Shown here piece by piece: positions 38,099 through 49,362 of a DNA stretch of 64,000 bases. Location: NCBI GenBank assembly GCA_002269645.1, contig NIVC01000153.1:208703-272702 (forward strand). Reading direction: 5' to 3'. The position numbers and the translations under genes were made by a program. The number at the start of each line of letters is the position of its first letter. Position 1 is the stretch's first letter. Source of the stretch: Macrostomum lignano (Eukaryota). Under the pieces are notes generated by a model. It had not been told where the DNA came from and searched no databases. It saw only the letters and a program-made list of their open reading frames with translations.

Positions 38099-38623
38099 AT
38101 GCGCAGCAAAGTTGTCTCACTGGGCCAGGCCGGGCGCCTCCTGGTCGCGCTGCTTTTGGCTATGACAGTCTTTGCTTCACTTTCCGACGGGCAGCCTCTG
38201 CGCGGCGAGGATGGCTTCGCCGAGACGGACAACGGTGCCGTCAGTGACTGGTCTGTCAGCCGGTCTCTGTTCGGAAGTCCGGACAGGTACAAGCGTCTGT
38301 TCGGCACTACTGACAGGTACAAGCGTCTGTTCGGCACTCCTGACAGGTACAAGCGTCTGTTCGGCACTCCTGACAGGTACAAGCGTCTGTTCGGCACTCC
38401 TGACAGGTACAAGCGTCTGTTCGGCACTCCTGACAGGTACAAGCGTCTGTTCGGCACTCCTGACAGGTACAAGCGTCTGTTCGGCACTCCGCTGGACCGA
38501 TTTCGACGACGCGACGCCAAGCGACTGTTCGGTTTCAAGCAGGCAAATCGGTTTCGACGGTTCTACCGGACGGGCTCGTACTTTGACGCTAGGCCTGACC
38601 GGTTCAAGCGTTTTGACGAGTGA
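38099..38623 (+). CDS. Secreted neuropeptide prohormone (LFGTPDRY-repeat precursor), 174 aa
   Basis: Hydrophobic signal (RLLVALLLAMTVFASLSDG), acidic spacer, then KR/RR-delimited peptides: SLFGSPDRY, LFGTTDRY, 5x LFGTPDRY, LFGTPLDRF, LFGFKQANRF, FYRTGSYFDARPDRF. Confidence 0.9.
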   Translation: MRSKVVSLGQAGRLLVALLLAMTVFASLSDGQPLRGEDGFAETDNGAVSDWSVSRSLFGSPDRYKRLFGTTDRYKRLFGTPDRYKRLFGTPDRYKRLFGTPDRYKRLFGTPDRYKRLFGTPDRYKRLFGTPLDRFRRRDAKRLFGFKQANRFRRFYRTGSYFDARPDRFKRFDE

Positions 38624-39689
38624 CTCGATATCCGTTCCGTTCCGTCCGCGTCCTGCACGTGCGAACTGATTTGTTAAACACGTTATCTATTGCATGTGCT
38701 ATATAGACGACGCTTATAACAAAATAAGAACTCTGAACTATTGTGAACTGAACAATTTAGTCTGCTATATCGCAGTTTATTCCTCGTCTCCTTGGTTGTT
38801 CGAAGAGTAGGCCCAGCTTCCTGACTCCCTTAGGGGAGCTTTGGAAAGTTCCCTATCAATACATACTACTGAGAAGCTACTCGTAACCACTATGGACTGC
38901 CTAAGGAACTCAATGTCTTGTTCGTGCATAATCAGATGCACACTCCGAGATTGCCGGTAACTCGTCTGCGCACAGGACCATATCAAGGGAAATAGTCAAA
39001 AGAATCCTGTTCAATTAAACTCTGCTTCTCAGTCTGCAGGCTCTGCAAGGTGTAGTACATGTATACCCATGCTCGAGTACGTGTGATTAAAAATTAAAAT
39101 AGCATAAGTCTGGAACCCCTATCTGTCGTATCCAAAAGCTTGATGCAAATTGGCATTGATTCTTCTGTCAGCAGCTAAACTGAAAGCTAGCCTATAGAAG
39201 CTATATACTCTGTCATACCGAGAGATGGGTTACTGCATTGTGCTGGCAATCATCGAAAATCCATGCCAGTGCGCGCCCCGAGAAAAATGCTGAGCTGCTT
39301 GGTTGGAGGTGAGAGTAAAATAATTATTTTTCTGAAGCTGTGAAGGCATCCTGAATTCATTAGCCATATGGCTTTCCATTTTTGAATAGAATGTTATTCC
39401 CTACTCAGAATCTGCAACACAGAGCCTGCCATCTAGGACGAGAATAGCTTTGCGAGTAAATTACAATGAAAGTGAACTGCTTGCCATTATGCATAGCTAA
39501 TGCGTTTTCTAAATTGTATTTTCCACGGCTCACGTATAACAAGCAGTCTGCGATTCCCTGGATACTGATAGATTATATAGAGATTGCTTATGGAGACCTA
39601 TAGCCTATATCAATATACACACGATCACAGCAGGTGTAATAAATATTGTTAGGTTTTTTTTCTTTCAAAAAACAGGCTATCTGTTAACT

Positions 39690-39871
39690 GAAGCATCGGT
39701 GAGGGAATAGGAGCCGCTCAATGAAGCATCGGTGAGGAGGGTAGGAGCCGCTCAATGAAGCATCGGTGAGGGAATAGGAGCCGCTCACTGAAGCATCGGT
39801 GAGGGAATAGGAGCCGCTCACTGAAGCATCGGTGAGGGAATAGGAGCCGCTCACTGAAGCATCGGTGAGGG
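39690..39871. repeat. 33-bp minisatellite (~5.5 copies)
   Basis: Unit CTGAAGCATCGGTGAGGGAATAGGAGCCGCTCA. Confidence 0.95.
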
Positions 39872-40334
39872 GACATAAAAGTTCCCTGAAGTCATTCCCT
39901 CTTTAGGCGCAACTGACTGCAGGCTTTGGCCGCCCCGGGCCATCAGACCCTCGCAACTGCTCGTCAATATAATCCGAAATCCATGCATCTGATAATCCCA
40001 TAGCATTGACGCGCAGAGTAGGAAATGAGCTCTAGACAAAAAAGTGCCAAAGCTAGAGAAATCTTTAAATCAATATCTTACAGTGAGAGCTGCGTGCTAT
40101 GCAGTAGAAAGCTGTGACTGTCAATGCTTATTCATTTGATATGGTCATGTGAAACTCTCAGTTTCCATTTGTCAAGGTCAAATTTCAAGAGGATGTGCTC
40201 AGGAAATTCTCCCCTGTTTTACCTTGCCTCCAACTCCTTGGAGAATTGAGGAGAGCGAAGATATTCTCCTGACTGGGTTTGAGATTTGAGATTTCTACAT
40301 GTACATGTACCTCACATTGTCTACCAGCCCAATT

Positions 40335-41056
40335 TGTGTTCACCTCTGTTTGTGTCCAGCTACCCCAGTTTGTGTCTAGCTACCCAGTTTGTGTCTAGCT
40401 ACTTTGTGTCCAGCTACCCCAGTTTGTGTCTAGCTACCTCAGTTTATGTCTAGCTACCTCAGTTTATGTCTAGCTACCCCAGTTTGTGTCCAGCTACCCC
40501 AGTTTGTGTCTAGCTACCCCAGTTTATGTCCAGCTACCACAGTTTGTGTCTAGCTACCTCTGTTTGTGTCTAGCTACCTCAGTTTGTGTCTAGCTACCCC
40601 AGTTTATGTCCAGCTACCTCAGTTTGTGTCTAGCTACCTCCGTTTGTGTCTAGCTACCTCAGTTTGTGTCCAGCTACCCCAGTTTGTGTCTAGCTACCTT
40701 AGTTTGTGTCTTAACTATCCCAGCTTGTGTCTAGCTACCTCAGTTTGTGTCTAGCTGCCTCAGTTTGTGTCTAGATACCTCAGATTGTGTCTAGCTACCC
40801 CAGTTTGTGTCTAACTATCCCAGCTTGTGTCTAGCTACCTCAGTTTGTGTCTAGCTACCTCAGTTTGTGTCTAGCTACCTCAGTTTGTGTCTTAACTATC
40901 CCAGCTTGTGTCTAGCTACCTCAGTTTGTGTCTAGCTGCCTCAGTTTGTGTCTAGATACCTCAGATTGTGTCTAGCTACCCCAGTTTGTGTCTAACTATC
41001 CCAGCTTGTGTCTAGCTACCTCAGTTTGTGTCCAGCTACCCCAGTTTGTGTCTAGC
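40335..41056. repeat. 20-bp minisatellite block A
   Basis: Unit TAGCTACC(C/T)CAGTTTGTGTC. Confidence 0.97.
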
Positions 41057-41690
41057 CAATTCTATCTCTTATTAAATTTATTTTCCTGGTGATAAATATC
41101 TGCTAAAAAAGTTAGTTCGCAATGCTGGCGACAGATTTGCACTTGTAAAATATGCAGATATTTTTGTAGCAACAGTATTCACAAATGACTCATCGGGCAG
41201 AAAGAAGCAGGTGGTCAGGCAAAATTGTTTTAATGATTATGGTAGCAGAAAAATAGAATGAATAGAATAGAATACATACTATACAGCAACACACTAAATT
41301 CACATGTATAGGTAATATATGAATACTGAAAGTTTGCTGTAGTGGCATTAGTGCATACTGACAATATCTAGAAAGTCTATAAATATATCTAAAATCTTAT
41401 TTGTTTTAATTAATGAGATCTGAAGGGCAAACGCAATAATAAATTAATGGCTTTGGTGAAAAATTAACTGTTTATGTTGCTTTGAATTCAGGATTAAATC
41501 GGGCGAGAAATATTTTGAAAATAATTTACGAATAATTATTAATAGTATACAAAAATTATTAATAGTAAACAATGAATTCTAGAATTTTGTGAGAAAATTA
41601 TGCTCAAATTGGTTGTGCATTTATCGTTATAAAGTGCAGTATTGGCTATATTACATGTATCTGTACTAACTATGCCACTATCGTGTCTAC

Positions 41691-42957
41691 TAGCTACCTC
41701 AGTTTGTGTCTAGCTACCCCAGTTTGTGTCTAGCTACCTCAGTTTGTGTCTAGCTACCCCAGTTTGTGTCTAGCTACCTCAGTTTGTGTCTAGCTACCCC
41801 AGTTTGTGTCTAGCTACCTCAGTTTGTGTCTAGCTACCCCAGTTTGCGTCTAGCTACCCCAGTTTGTGTCTAGCTACCTCAGTTTGTGTCTAGCTACCCC
41901 AGTTTGTGTCTAGCTACCCCAGTTTGTGTCTAGCTACCTCAGTTTGTGTCTAACTACCTCAGTTTGTGTCTAGCTACCTCAGTTTGTGTCTAGCTACCCC
42001 AGTTTGTGTCTAGCTACCTCAGTTTGTGTCTACCTACGTCAGCTTGTGTCTAGATACCTCAGATTGTGTCTAGCTACCCCAGTTTGTGTCTAGCTACCTC
42101 AGTTTGTGTCTAACTACCCCAGTTTATGTCTAGATACCTCAGATTGTGTCTAGCTACCCCAGTTTGTGTCTAGCTACCTCTGTTTGTGTCCAGCTACCCC
42201 AGTTTGTGTCTAGCTACCTTAGTTTGTGTCTTAACTATCCCAGCTTGTGTCTAGCTACCTCAGTTTGTGTCTAGCTACCTCAGTTTGTGTCTAACTACCT
42301 CAGTTTGTGTCTAGCTACCTCAGTTTGTGTCTAGCTACCCCAGTTTGTGTCTAGCTACCTCAGTTTGTGTCTACCTACGTCAGCTTGTGTCTAGATACCT
42401 CAGATTGTGTCTAGCTACCCCAGTTTGTGTCTAGCTACCTCAGTTTGTGTCTAACTACCTCAGTTTGTGTCTAGCTACCTCAGTTTGTGTCTAGCTACCC
42501 CAGTTTGTGTCTAGCTACCTCAGTTTGTGTCCAGCTACCCCAGTTTGTGTCTAGCTACCCCAGTTTGTGTCTAGCTACCCCAGTTTGTGTCTAGCTACCT
42601 CAGTTTGTGTCTAGCTACCTCAGTTTGTGTCCAGCTACCCCAGTTTGTGTCCAGCTACCCCAGTTTGTGTCTAGCTACCCCAGTTTGTGTCTAGCTCTCT
42701 CAGTTTGTGTCTAGCTACCCCAGTTTGTGTCTAGCTACCTCAGTTTGTGTCTAGCTACCCCAGTTTGTGTCTAGCTCTCTCAGTTTGTGTCCAGCTACCC
42801 CAGTTTGTGTCTAGCTACCCCAGTTTGTGTCTAGCTACCCCAGTTTGTGTCTAGCTACCCCAGTTTGTGTCTAGCTACCTCAGTTTGTGTCTAGCTACCT
42901 CAGTTTGTGTCTAGCTACCCCAGTTTGTGTCTAGCTACCTCAGTTCGTGTCTAGCTA
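41691..42957. repeat. 20-bp minisatellite block B (~63 copies), directly downstream of the Kirre-like stop codon
   Basis: Same unit as block A; ends <10 bp from the TGA at 42965. Confidence 0.97.
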
Positions 42958-42964
42958 ACTAAAG

Positions 42965-43421
42965 TCAGACTTCCGTGATGGCCACCACCGCGCCGGGATC
43001 TTCCGCGATGGCTGGCTGCTGCCGAAAGCGTCTGTTGGCCAACAAAGTGGCGAATGTGTTCTGCTGCTGAGGCGGCGGCGGCAGCGGCGGCGAGAAGTTG
43101 ACAGACTTGACCACGCCTGCCGTTCTGAGCTGCGGTAGGGGCAGCAGAGTGGAGCAGGCCCCGGCGTAGCCAACCGCCTGAGTCACCGATCCGCTGTGCA
43201 CTGGGCAGGTCGCCAGGCTGAGCACCGTCTGATGGCCGCCCGGCGAGCTGGCGCCCGAGTCCGAGGCTGCTGTACCGCCCGATGAAGCTGCCCCAGCCAG
43301 AGTCTGATGATGCTGCTGATAGCCTAATTGGCTGGCCTTGCCGGAAGCAGTCGGGCACCGAGACGACCCGGTGCAGGACGCGACTGGGCCGCCGTAGCCG
43401 GAGTCGCAGCTCCTGACGCTG
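42965..43421 (-). CDS. Kirre/NEPH1/SYG-1-like Ig receptor, exon 9 (cytoplasmic tail ending ITEV, class I PDZ-binding motif)
   Basis: Acceptor TTTTCAG|, phase 2. Reads SVRSCDSGYGG...AVVAITEV*. Confidence 0.8.
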
Positions 43422-43452
43422 CTGAAAAGTTGAAACATTTGAAGGTAATGTC

Positions 43453-43638
43453 CTAAACCGGAAGTTTCACAAACCGGAATATCACAAACCGGAATATTCA
43501 CAAACCGGAATATCACAAACCGGAATATCACAAACCGGAATATTCACAAACCGGAATATCACAAACCGGAATATCACAAACCGGAATATTCACAACTCGG
43601 AACATTCACAATCTGGAACATTCACAATCTGGAACATT
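43453..43638. repeat. 15-16-bp minisatellite
   Basis: Unit TCACAAACCGGAATA(T), ~30 bp from the exon 9 acceptor. Confidence 0.93.
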
Positions 43639-44262
43639 CACAATCTGGAATATTCACAAAGTTTCTAAGATGCGCACACGTTTCTTTAGGGATGTTTATA
43701 GAATTTTATCTTTGACTGAGTTAAGCTGCTTCCGATGTTGTTTCGTGTGCCTGTTTGTTTGGCTCCCGAACAAGTACTGAATTAATTATCGATCTAATTA
43801 ACAATTTGCACCTCAGGTAACTTTCTTCAAAAATAGAACAAGCCAGTCGACAGGATTCTGGATGACTTTCTGATGAGTAGCTGTTTCAATTCGGATTGGA
43901 TTAGCAAAACTGGACAGAATTTTAATTAGCCCTCGAAATTACCTATAAAATGTTTGTTGTTAGCATAAGAAATGAGGTTAGCAGTGGTCAGTATTTAGCA
44001 AACCAATATCCTAGAACTGAATATTTTCAATGTCCTAGCTAGTTTTTACGTTACAATTTCATTTAATGACGAGCTCGTAACACACATTTGTTGCTTCAAA
44101 ACATCTAACAAAGATTAGCAGGAAGTTTGCTGTAACTGTGTTTTATTGCATGCAAGTTCGACCAAGTTGTGATGCAAAATAATTTAATGTTTGAATCGAT
44201 TTTAATAAATTACGTCTTAGCTATTTCGTTCAATACGTTTTTCGTAAAACAAGCCAATAATA

Positions 44263-44404
44263 TTTGATTACACTTGCCCCAATTGGGCCAGATGTGAGTT
44301 AAGTGTCTTGCTCAGGGACACACATTGTTCCGAGTTGGGTCGAGAATCGAACCCCCGACCTTCAAGTCGTTAGTCCGACGCTCTAACCGCTAGGCTGCAA
44401 CCCC
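44263..44404 (-). mobile_element. CORE-type SINE, internally deleted copy
   Basis: tRNA-like head and half of the core joined directly to the 3' tail CACATCTGGCCCAATTGGGGCAAGTG. Confidence 0.8.
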
Positions 44405-45249
44405 TCCAACCACATAACTAGCACCGTTGGGCATTGATCGTCATCCAGCTCATGTCAGTTGCAAGCTAGTCTTAGTCATGCTGTACAGAAATTATCGATC
44501 ATTTTTAACAGACAGCGCCACACTTCCATGATTAGTGTTTTCAGGCGCTTCTAATTAATAAACGCGAATATCAGGTGGCTAATTATGATCGAGGCTTGTA
44601 TTTCAGGATTGAGACGAAAGGTAGATATGTAGCAGCTTAGGCTTGCCATGAGGCATGCAGCAGGTGCGCAGGTTCTCACTGCCACTGTCGCTAGCCGTCC
44701 AGCCTCTCCACCCGAAAGCTTCTCATATCAAATCACTCGAAGCCATCGGAGCTAGAATTTGAGAGTTTCTGCACTGCTGTCTACCCCGATTCAATGTCGC
44801 ACAGCACCGGATCTTTGGCATAGAGGACTGTCATAAATCATAAATTTCAATGAGAGAGTTCAATTGTCGGTGTGTGTACTATTTGACCTAATCTTGCTCA
44901 TAGACTATTTTAGCCGAATTTATTGTGTATTGAAAGGCTCTTTGCTCGTAGCTGTCAGTGGGTAGGCGACTGCCACTTGTCTATGGCATATCCTAAAACT
45001 ACTCGAACTTCTGGGCAAGGAGTTCTATACGTTCTATGAAGCTTCGAGCTTGTGAATTTTCGAGCTTATCGAGCTGATCGGTAGAGAAAAGCAGAGCTGT
45101 CCATTACTTCACGGTAATGACCTCTGCTTAATGGCTGGTCATTAACTGAAGCTCCTGTTTCGACCACAGACAATTCAATCAGTGCAGCTAATATGAAGCG
45201 AGAATTTAAGTTAATGGCCAGGGTCACGAGTGCGCTCGCGAACCTGACA

Positions 45250-45504
45250 CAACAGCTCAGCCGCAGCTATTGCGCGGCGCATCTGAAGGCTGCGTACGGC
45301 TGTTCAGTCCAAGGACTGGGGGGTCACCACAACCCGCAATTACCCCAGTTAATGCTGGCACCCATTTTACGACTGGGTGAACTGAAGCAATGCAGAGTTA
45401 AGTGCCTTGCTCAAGGACACAAATTGTTCCGAGTGGGTCGAGAATCGAACCCCCGACCTTCAAGTCGTGGGTCCGACGCTCTAACCACTGGGCTTACAAC
45501 CCCC
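45250..45504 (-). mobile_element. CORE-type SINE copy
   Basis: Reverse complement of the 17566 family, with A/B boxes, core and 3' hairpin. Confidence 0.88.
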
Positions 45505-45579
45505 TTAAGCCCTGAATCAGCCCTGAAAGCAAGCTAGCTATCTAGCTAGCTAGATATCATCTATCTATTTCTCAAGCAA

Positions 45580-45720
45580 TCGGGTGTACAGCAGCCCTGA
45601 CTGTCTAATCGTCAGGCATGTGCACTCTCTGTGCCTTGGGGGTTGGCCCTTATGGGTGTGAATCACACGACAGCCTTTCAACCAAATTTCCTGCACAAGC
45701 CTCAAATGCATGGTTTGCAC
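45580..45720 (+). mobile_element. Dispersed repeat, (CA)GGGTGTAC family, copy 1
   Basis: Similar to 47232-47335 and 60297-60440: GGGTGTAC...CTGACTxTCxAATCGxCAGGCATGT...GTGAATC. Confidence 0.65.
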
Positions 45721-45778
45721 ACGGAATCGAGCCACCAGGGCCACACTACTACAAGTAGCTGGCTGCGGTTCTACTCAC

Positions 45779-46220
45779 TCCTCTTGTCCAGCTTCTTCAG
45801 GCGCTTCATCACCCGTTGCTGCCACAGTCTGCTGGCAGGACGGACTGCCGGGCCCCTGACGGGTCAGGAATCTCGCCACGGCGACGCCCCGGTGCCCGGG
45901 ACTCAGGTCCGTCAGCTCGAGCCCCGACGGGCCCCAGGAGGTCGTCATTGACGACGAAATTGGCGCGTTTCGCTGCTGCTGCTGATGTCGCCGAAGGAGG
46001 CTGCCGTGGACTGCGCAGGTGCTCGCCGGGATGAAGGACGATGTCTCGTTTGCAAACGGGTAGCTGTCGACAAGCAGCGGCTGCCCGGCTGTACATATCT
46101 GGCTGGCTTCCGCGTCATCCGCCGCGTCCTCGCCAGGCTGCAGCAGCCGCTTGGACGGCGACTCGACTGCTGGGCCTCCCGGCTGGGCGCCGGCGACAAC
46201 GCAGCCATTTCTCTTGCGGG
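45779..46220 (-). CDS. Kirre-like exon 8 (cytoplasmic)
   Basis: Acceptor TTCAAG|, donor GA|GTGAGT. 442-nt open frame RKRNGCVVAG...LLVDSYPFANE...EEAGQE; phase 1-2 fits both neighbours. Confidence 0.75.
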
Positions 46221-46399
46221 CTTGAAGTGCATCGAGTAGTTTTAGTTAGTAAACTAATACTTGTTAACATTACATAAATTTAAATCCAAATCCCCATGAC
46301 ATAATCCACGCATCCCAGTGTCATAATCCTTATCCTAGAGTCTTTATCTGACACCTCCCGGTGTCTCAATTCACATTACAGTGCCTTAATCCACATATT

Positions 46400-46780
46400 C
46401 CAGTGTCTCAGTCTACATTCCAGTGTCCCAGTTCACACCCCAGTGTCCCAGTTCACACCCCAGTGTCCCAGTTCACACCCCAGTGTCCCAGTTCACACCC
46501 CAGTGTCACAGTTCACACCCCAGTGTCCCAGTTCACACCCCAGTGTCACAGTTCACACCCCAGTGTCCCAGTTCACACCCCAGTGTCCCAGTTCACACCC
46601 CAGTGTCCCAGTTCACACCCCAGTGTCCCAGCTCACACCCAGTGTCCCAGTTCACACCCTAGTGTCCAAGTTAACACCCCAGTATCCCAGTTCCCATCCC
46701 TATGTCTCAGTTCACACCCAGTGTCCCAGTTCCCGTCCCAATGTCCCAGTTCACACCCCAATGTCCCAGTTCACATCCCT
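46400..46780. repeat. 20-bp minisatellite
   Basis: Unit CAGTGTCCCAGTTCACACCC. Confidence 0.95.
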
Positions 46781-46942
46781 GTGTTTCAGCTCAGATTCTA
46801 ATGTCTCACTTCACATCGGAATGTCTCAGTTTACATCCTAATGTCAGTTCACACTCCAATGTCTCAGCTCCCACTCCAGTGTCCCAGTCCAGAATCCAGT
46901 CGAAATGCAACTCAATAAACCAGGATGTCACAGTTCGCTTAC

Positions 46943-47068
46943 CTTTAGTCGAGTCGTTAGCAGATTCCCATCTACTTCGGCGACAAACGCAGACCAGGAC
47001 AAGCACGAAGATGAGCACCATTAGCAGCGCGATAGAGGCGCCAGCTATGAAAGCCGTGGGAATGTTCT
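46943..47068 (-). CDS. Kirre-like exon 7 (transmembrane helix)
   Basis: NIPTAFIAGASIALLMVLIFVLVLVCVCRRSR; acceptor TTGGCAG|, donor |GTAAGC. Confidence 0.88.
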
Positions 47069-47231
47069 CTGCCAAGGTTGAGGTGGGGTTGCTCAGGTTG
47101 TGTTGGGTAAGTTGGGAAAGTTAGCGTAGATGTGATAAGGCAATTGAGGCAGTTCTGCCCAGTCCGCTGAGTCCTGAGCACATTCAAGCGCACCAATACT
47201 GTACTCAGGCACAGCACTCATGCACACGCTC

Positions 47232-47335
47232 ACACAGGGTGCACTGCGGTCCTGACTTTCGAATCGTCAGGCATGTCTGTGAATCGCACAACAACCCATC
47301 AACCAATTTTCGTGCACAAACCCCAAATGAATCGG
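47232..47335 (+). mobile_element. Dispersed repeat, CAGGGTG family, copy 2 (internally shortened)
   Basis: Similarity to the 45580 and 60297 copies. Confidence 0.6.
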
Positions 47336-47342
47336 TAGATTA

Positions 47343-48522
47343 GGTGTGAGATTAGGTGGGAGATCAGGTGGGAGATCAGGTGTGAGATCAGATGTGAGAT
47401 CAGATGTGAGATCAGGTGGGAGATCAGATGTGAGATCAGGTGGGAGATCAGGTGAGAGATCAGGTGTGAGATCAGGTGTGAGATCAGGTGTGAGATCAGG
47501 TGTGAGATCAGGTGTGAGATCAGGTGTGAGATCAGATGTGTGTTCAGATGTGAGATCAGGTGGGAGATCAGGTGAGAGATCAGGTGGGAGATCAGGTGAG
47601 AGATCAGGTGGGAGATCAGGTGTGAGATCAGGTGTGAGATCAGATGGGGGATCAGGTGTGAGATCAGGTGGGAGATCAGGTGGGAGATCAGGTGGGAGAT
47701 GAGGTGTGAGATGAGGTGTGAGATCAGGTGTGAGATCAGGTGGGAGATCAGGTGTGAGATCAGATGTGAGATCAGGTGGGAGATCAGTGGGAGATCAGGT
47801 GTGAGATCAGGTGTGAGATCAGGTGTGAGATCAGGTGTGAGATCAGTGGGAGATCAGGTGTGAGATCAGGTGTGAGATCAGGTGTGAGATCAGGTGTGAG
47901 ATCAGGTGTGAGATCAGATGTGTGTTCAGATGTGAGATCAGGTGTGAGATCAGGTGTGAGATCAGGTGTGAGATCAGATGTGTGTTCAGATGTGAGATCA
48001 GGTGGGAGATCAGGTGAGAGATCAGGTGGGAGATCAGGTGAGAGATCAGGTGAGAGATCAGGTGTGAGATCAGGTGTGAGATCAGGTGTGAGATCAGGTG
48101 TGAGATCAGGTGGGAGATCAGTGGGAGATCAGGTGTGAGATCAGGTGAGAGATCAGGTGTGAGATCAGGTGTGAGATCAGATGTGTGTTCAGATGTGAGA
48201 TCAGGTGGGAGATCAGGTGAGAGATCAGGTGGGAGATCAGGTGAGAGATCAGGTGAGAGATCAGGTGTGAGATCAGGTGTGAGATCAGGTGTGAGATCAG
48301 TGGGAGATCAGGTGTGAGATCAGGTGTGAGATCAGGTGTGAGATCAGGTGTGAGATCAGGTGTGAGATCAGATGTGTGTTCAGATGTGAGATCAGGTGGG
48401 AGATCAGGTGTGAGATCAGGTGTGAGATCAGGTGAGAGATCAGGTGAGAGATCAGGTGTGAGATCAGGTGTGAGATCAGGTGTGAGATCAGGTGTGAGAT
48501 CAGGTGTGAGATCAGGTGTGAG
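47343..48522. repeat. 12-bp minisatellite (~98 copies)
   Basis: Unit GAGATCAGGTG(T/G/A) with higher-order variant blocks. Confidence 0.97.
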
Positions 48523-48590
48523 ATAGAGTTCGAGACAGGCCATGTAAAGTCCATATCGCATTTTCGCAAAGTCACGGATAAGCCGCTGAC

Positions 48591-48739
48591 CTTCCACGTG
48601 CAGCAGAATCACGCCCGAGTGGGTGCCCAGCCCATTATCCGCGGTGCAGTTGTACTCCCCGGAGTCGGAAGGCTGCACCTCGTCGAAGTGCAGAAAGGCC
48701 GACGTGCCGCCTACGAAGTCTTCGCGGTAGAGGCGACGC
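48591..48739 (-). CDS. Kirre-like exon 6 (end of Ig5)
   Basis: [49 protein letters not shown]; phase 2-1. Confidence 0.9.
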
Positions 48740-48780
48740 CTGTCGGATATTTTAATTGTCATCCAGCTTCTAATACACCT

Positions 48781-49343
48781 ATTCACCAACTCCAGATACC
48801 ATTCCCCAGCACCAGGCAGTATTCACCAACTCCAGATAGCGTTCACCAACTCCAGATAGCGTTCACCAACTCCAGATAGCATTCACCAACTCCAGATAGC
48901 ATTCACCAACTCCAGATAGCATTCACCAACTCCAGATAGCGTTCACCAACTCCAGATAGCATTCACAAACCGAGATAGCATTCACCAACTCCAGATAGCA
49001 TTCACCAACTCCAGATAGCGTTCACCAACTCCAGATAGCATTCACCAACTCCAGATAGCATTCACAAACCGAGATAGCATTCACCAACTCCAGATAGCAT
49101 TCACCAACTCCAGATAGCGTTCACCAACTCCAGATAGCATTCACCAACTCCAGATAGCATTCACAAACCGAGATAGCATTCACCAACTCCAGATAGCATT
49201 CACCAACTCCAGATAGCATTCACCCACTCCAGAGAGCATTCACCAACACCAACTCCAGATACCATTAACCCACTCCAGAGAGCATTCACCAACACCAACT
49301 CCAGATACCATTCACCTACTCCAAATAGCATTCACCAACTCCA
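48781..49343. repeat. 20-bp minisatellite
   Basis: Unit ATTCACCAACTCCAGATAGC; fills intron 5 nearly end to end. Confidence 0.97.
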
Positions 49344-49362
49344 GGCAGCTTTCTGATCGCAC

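Noticed and set aside
38213-38224. Achatin-like GFAE tetrapeptide in the prohormone spacer
   Set aside because: Not flanked by basic cleavage sites.
38077-38669. Antisense LYLSGVPNRR ORF and +1-frame TGTSVCSALL ORF
   Set aside because: Shadows of the 30-bp coding repeat; only the prohormone frame has a signal peptide and dibasic sites.
45193-45537. 114-aa ORF
   Set aside because: Runs through a SINE copy; the same text recurs in the other copies.
45809-46096. Listed - strand ORF as the Kirre-like cytoplasmic exon
   Set aside because: Wrong frame; splice phases require the third frame (45779-46220).
46361-48575. Repetitive ORFs (SQFTPQCP, RSGV, ISHL) and the similar 52612-53206 and 59513-59890 ORFs
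   Set aside because: Minisatellite translations open in several frames.
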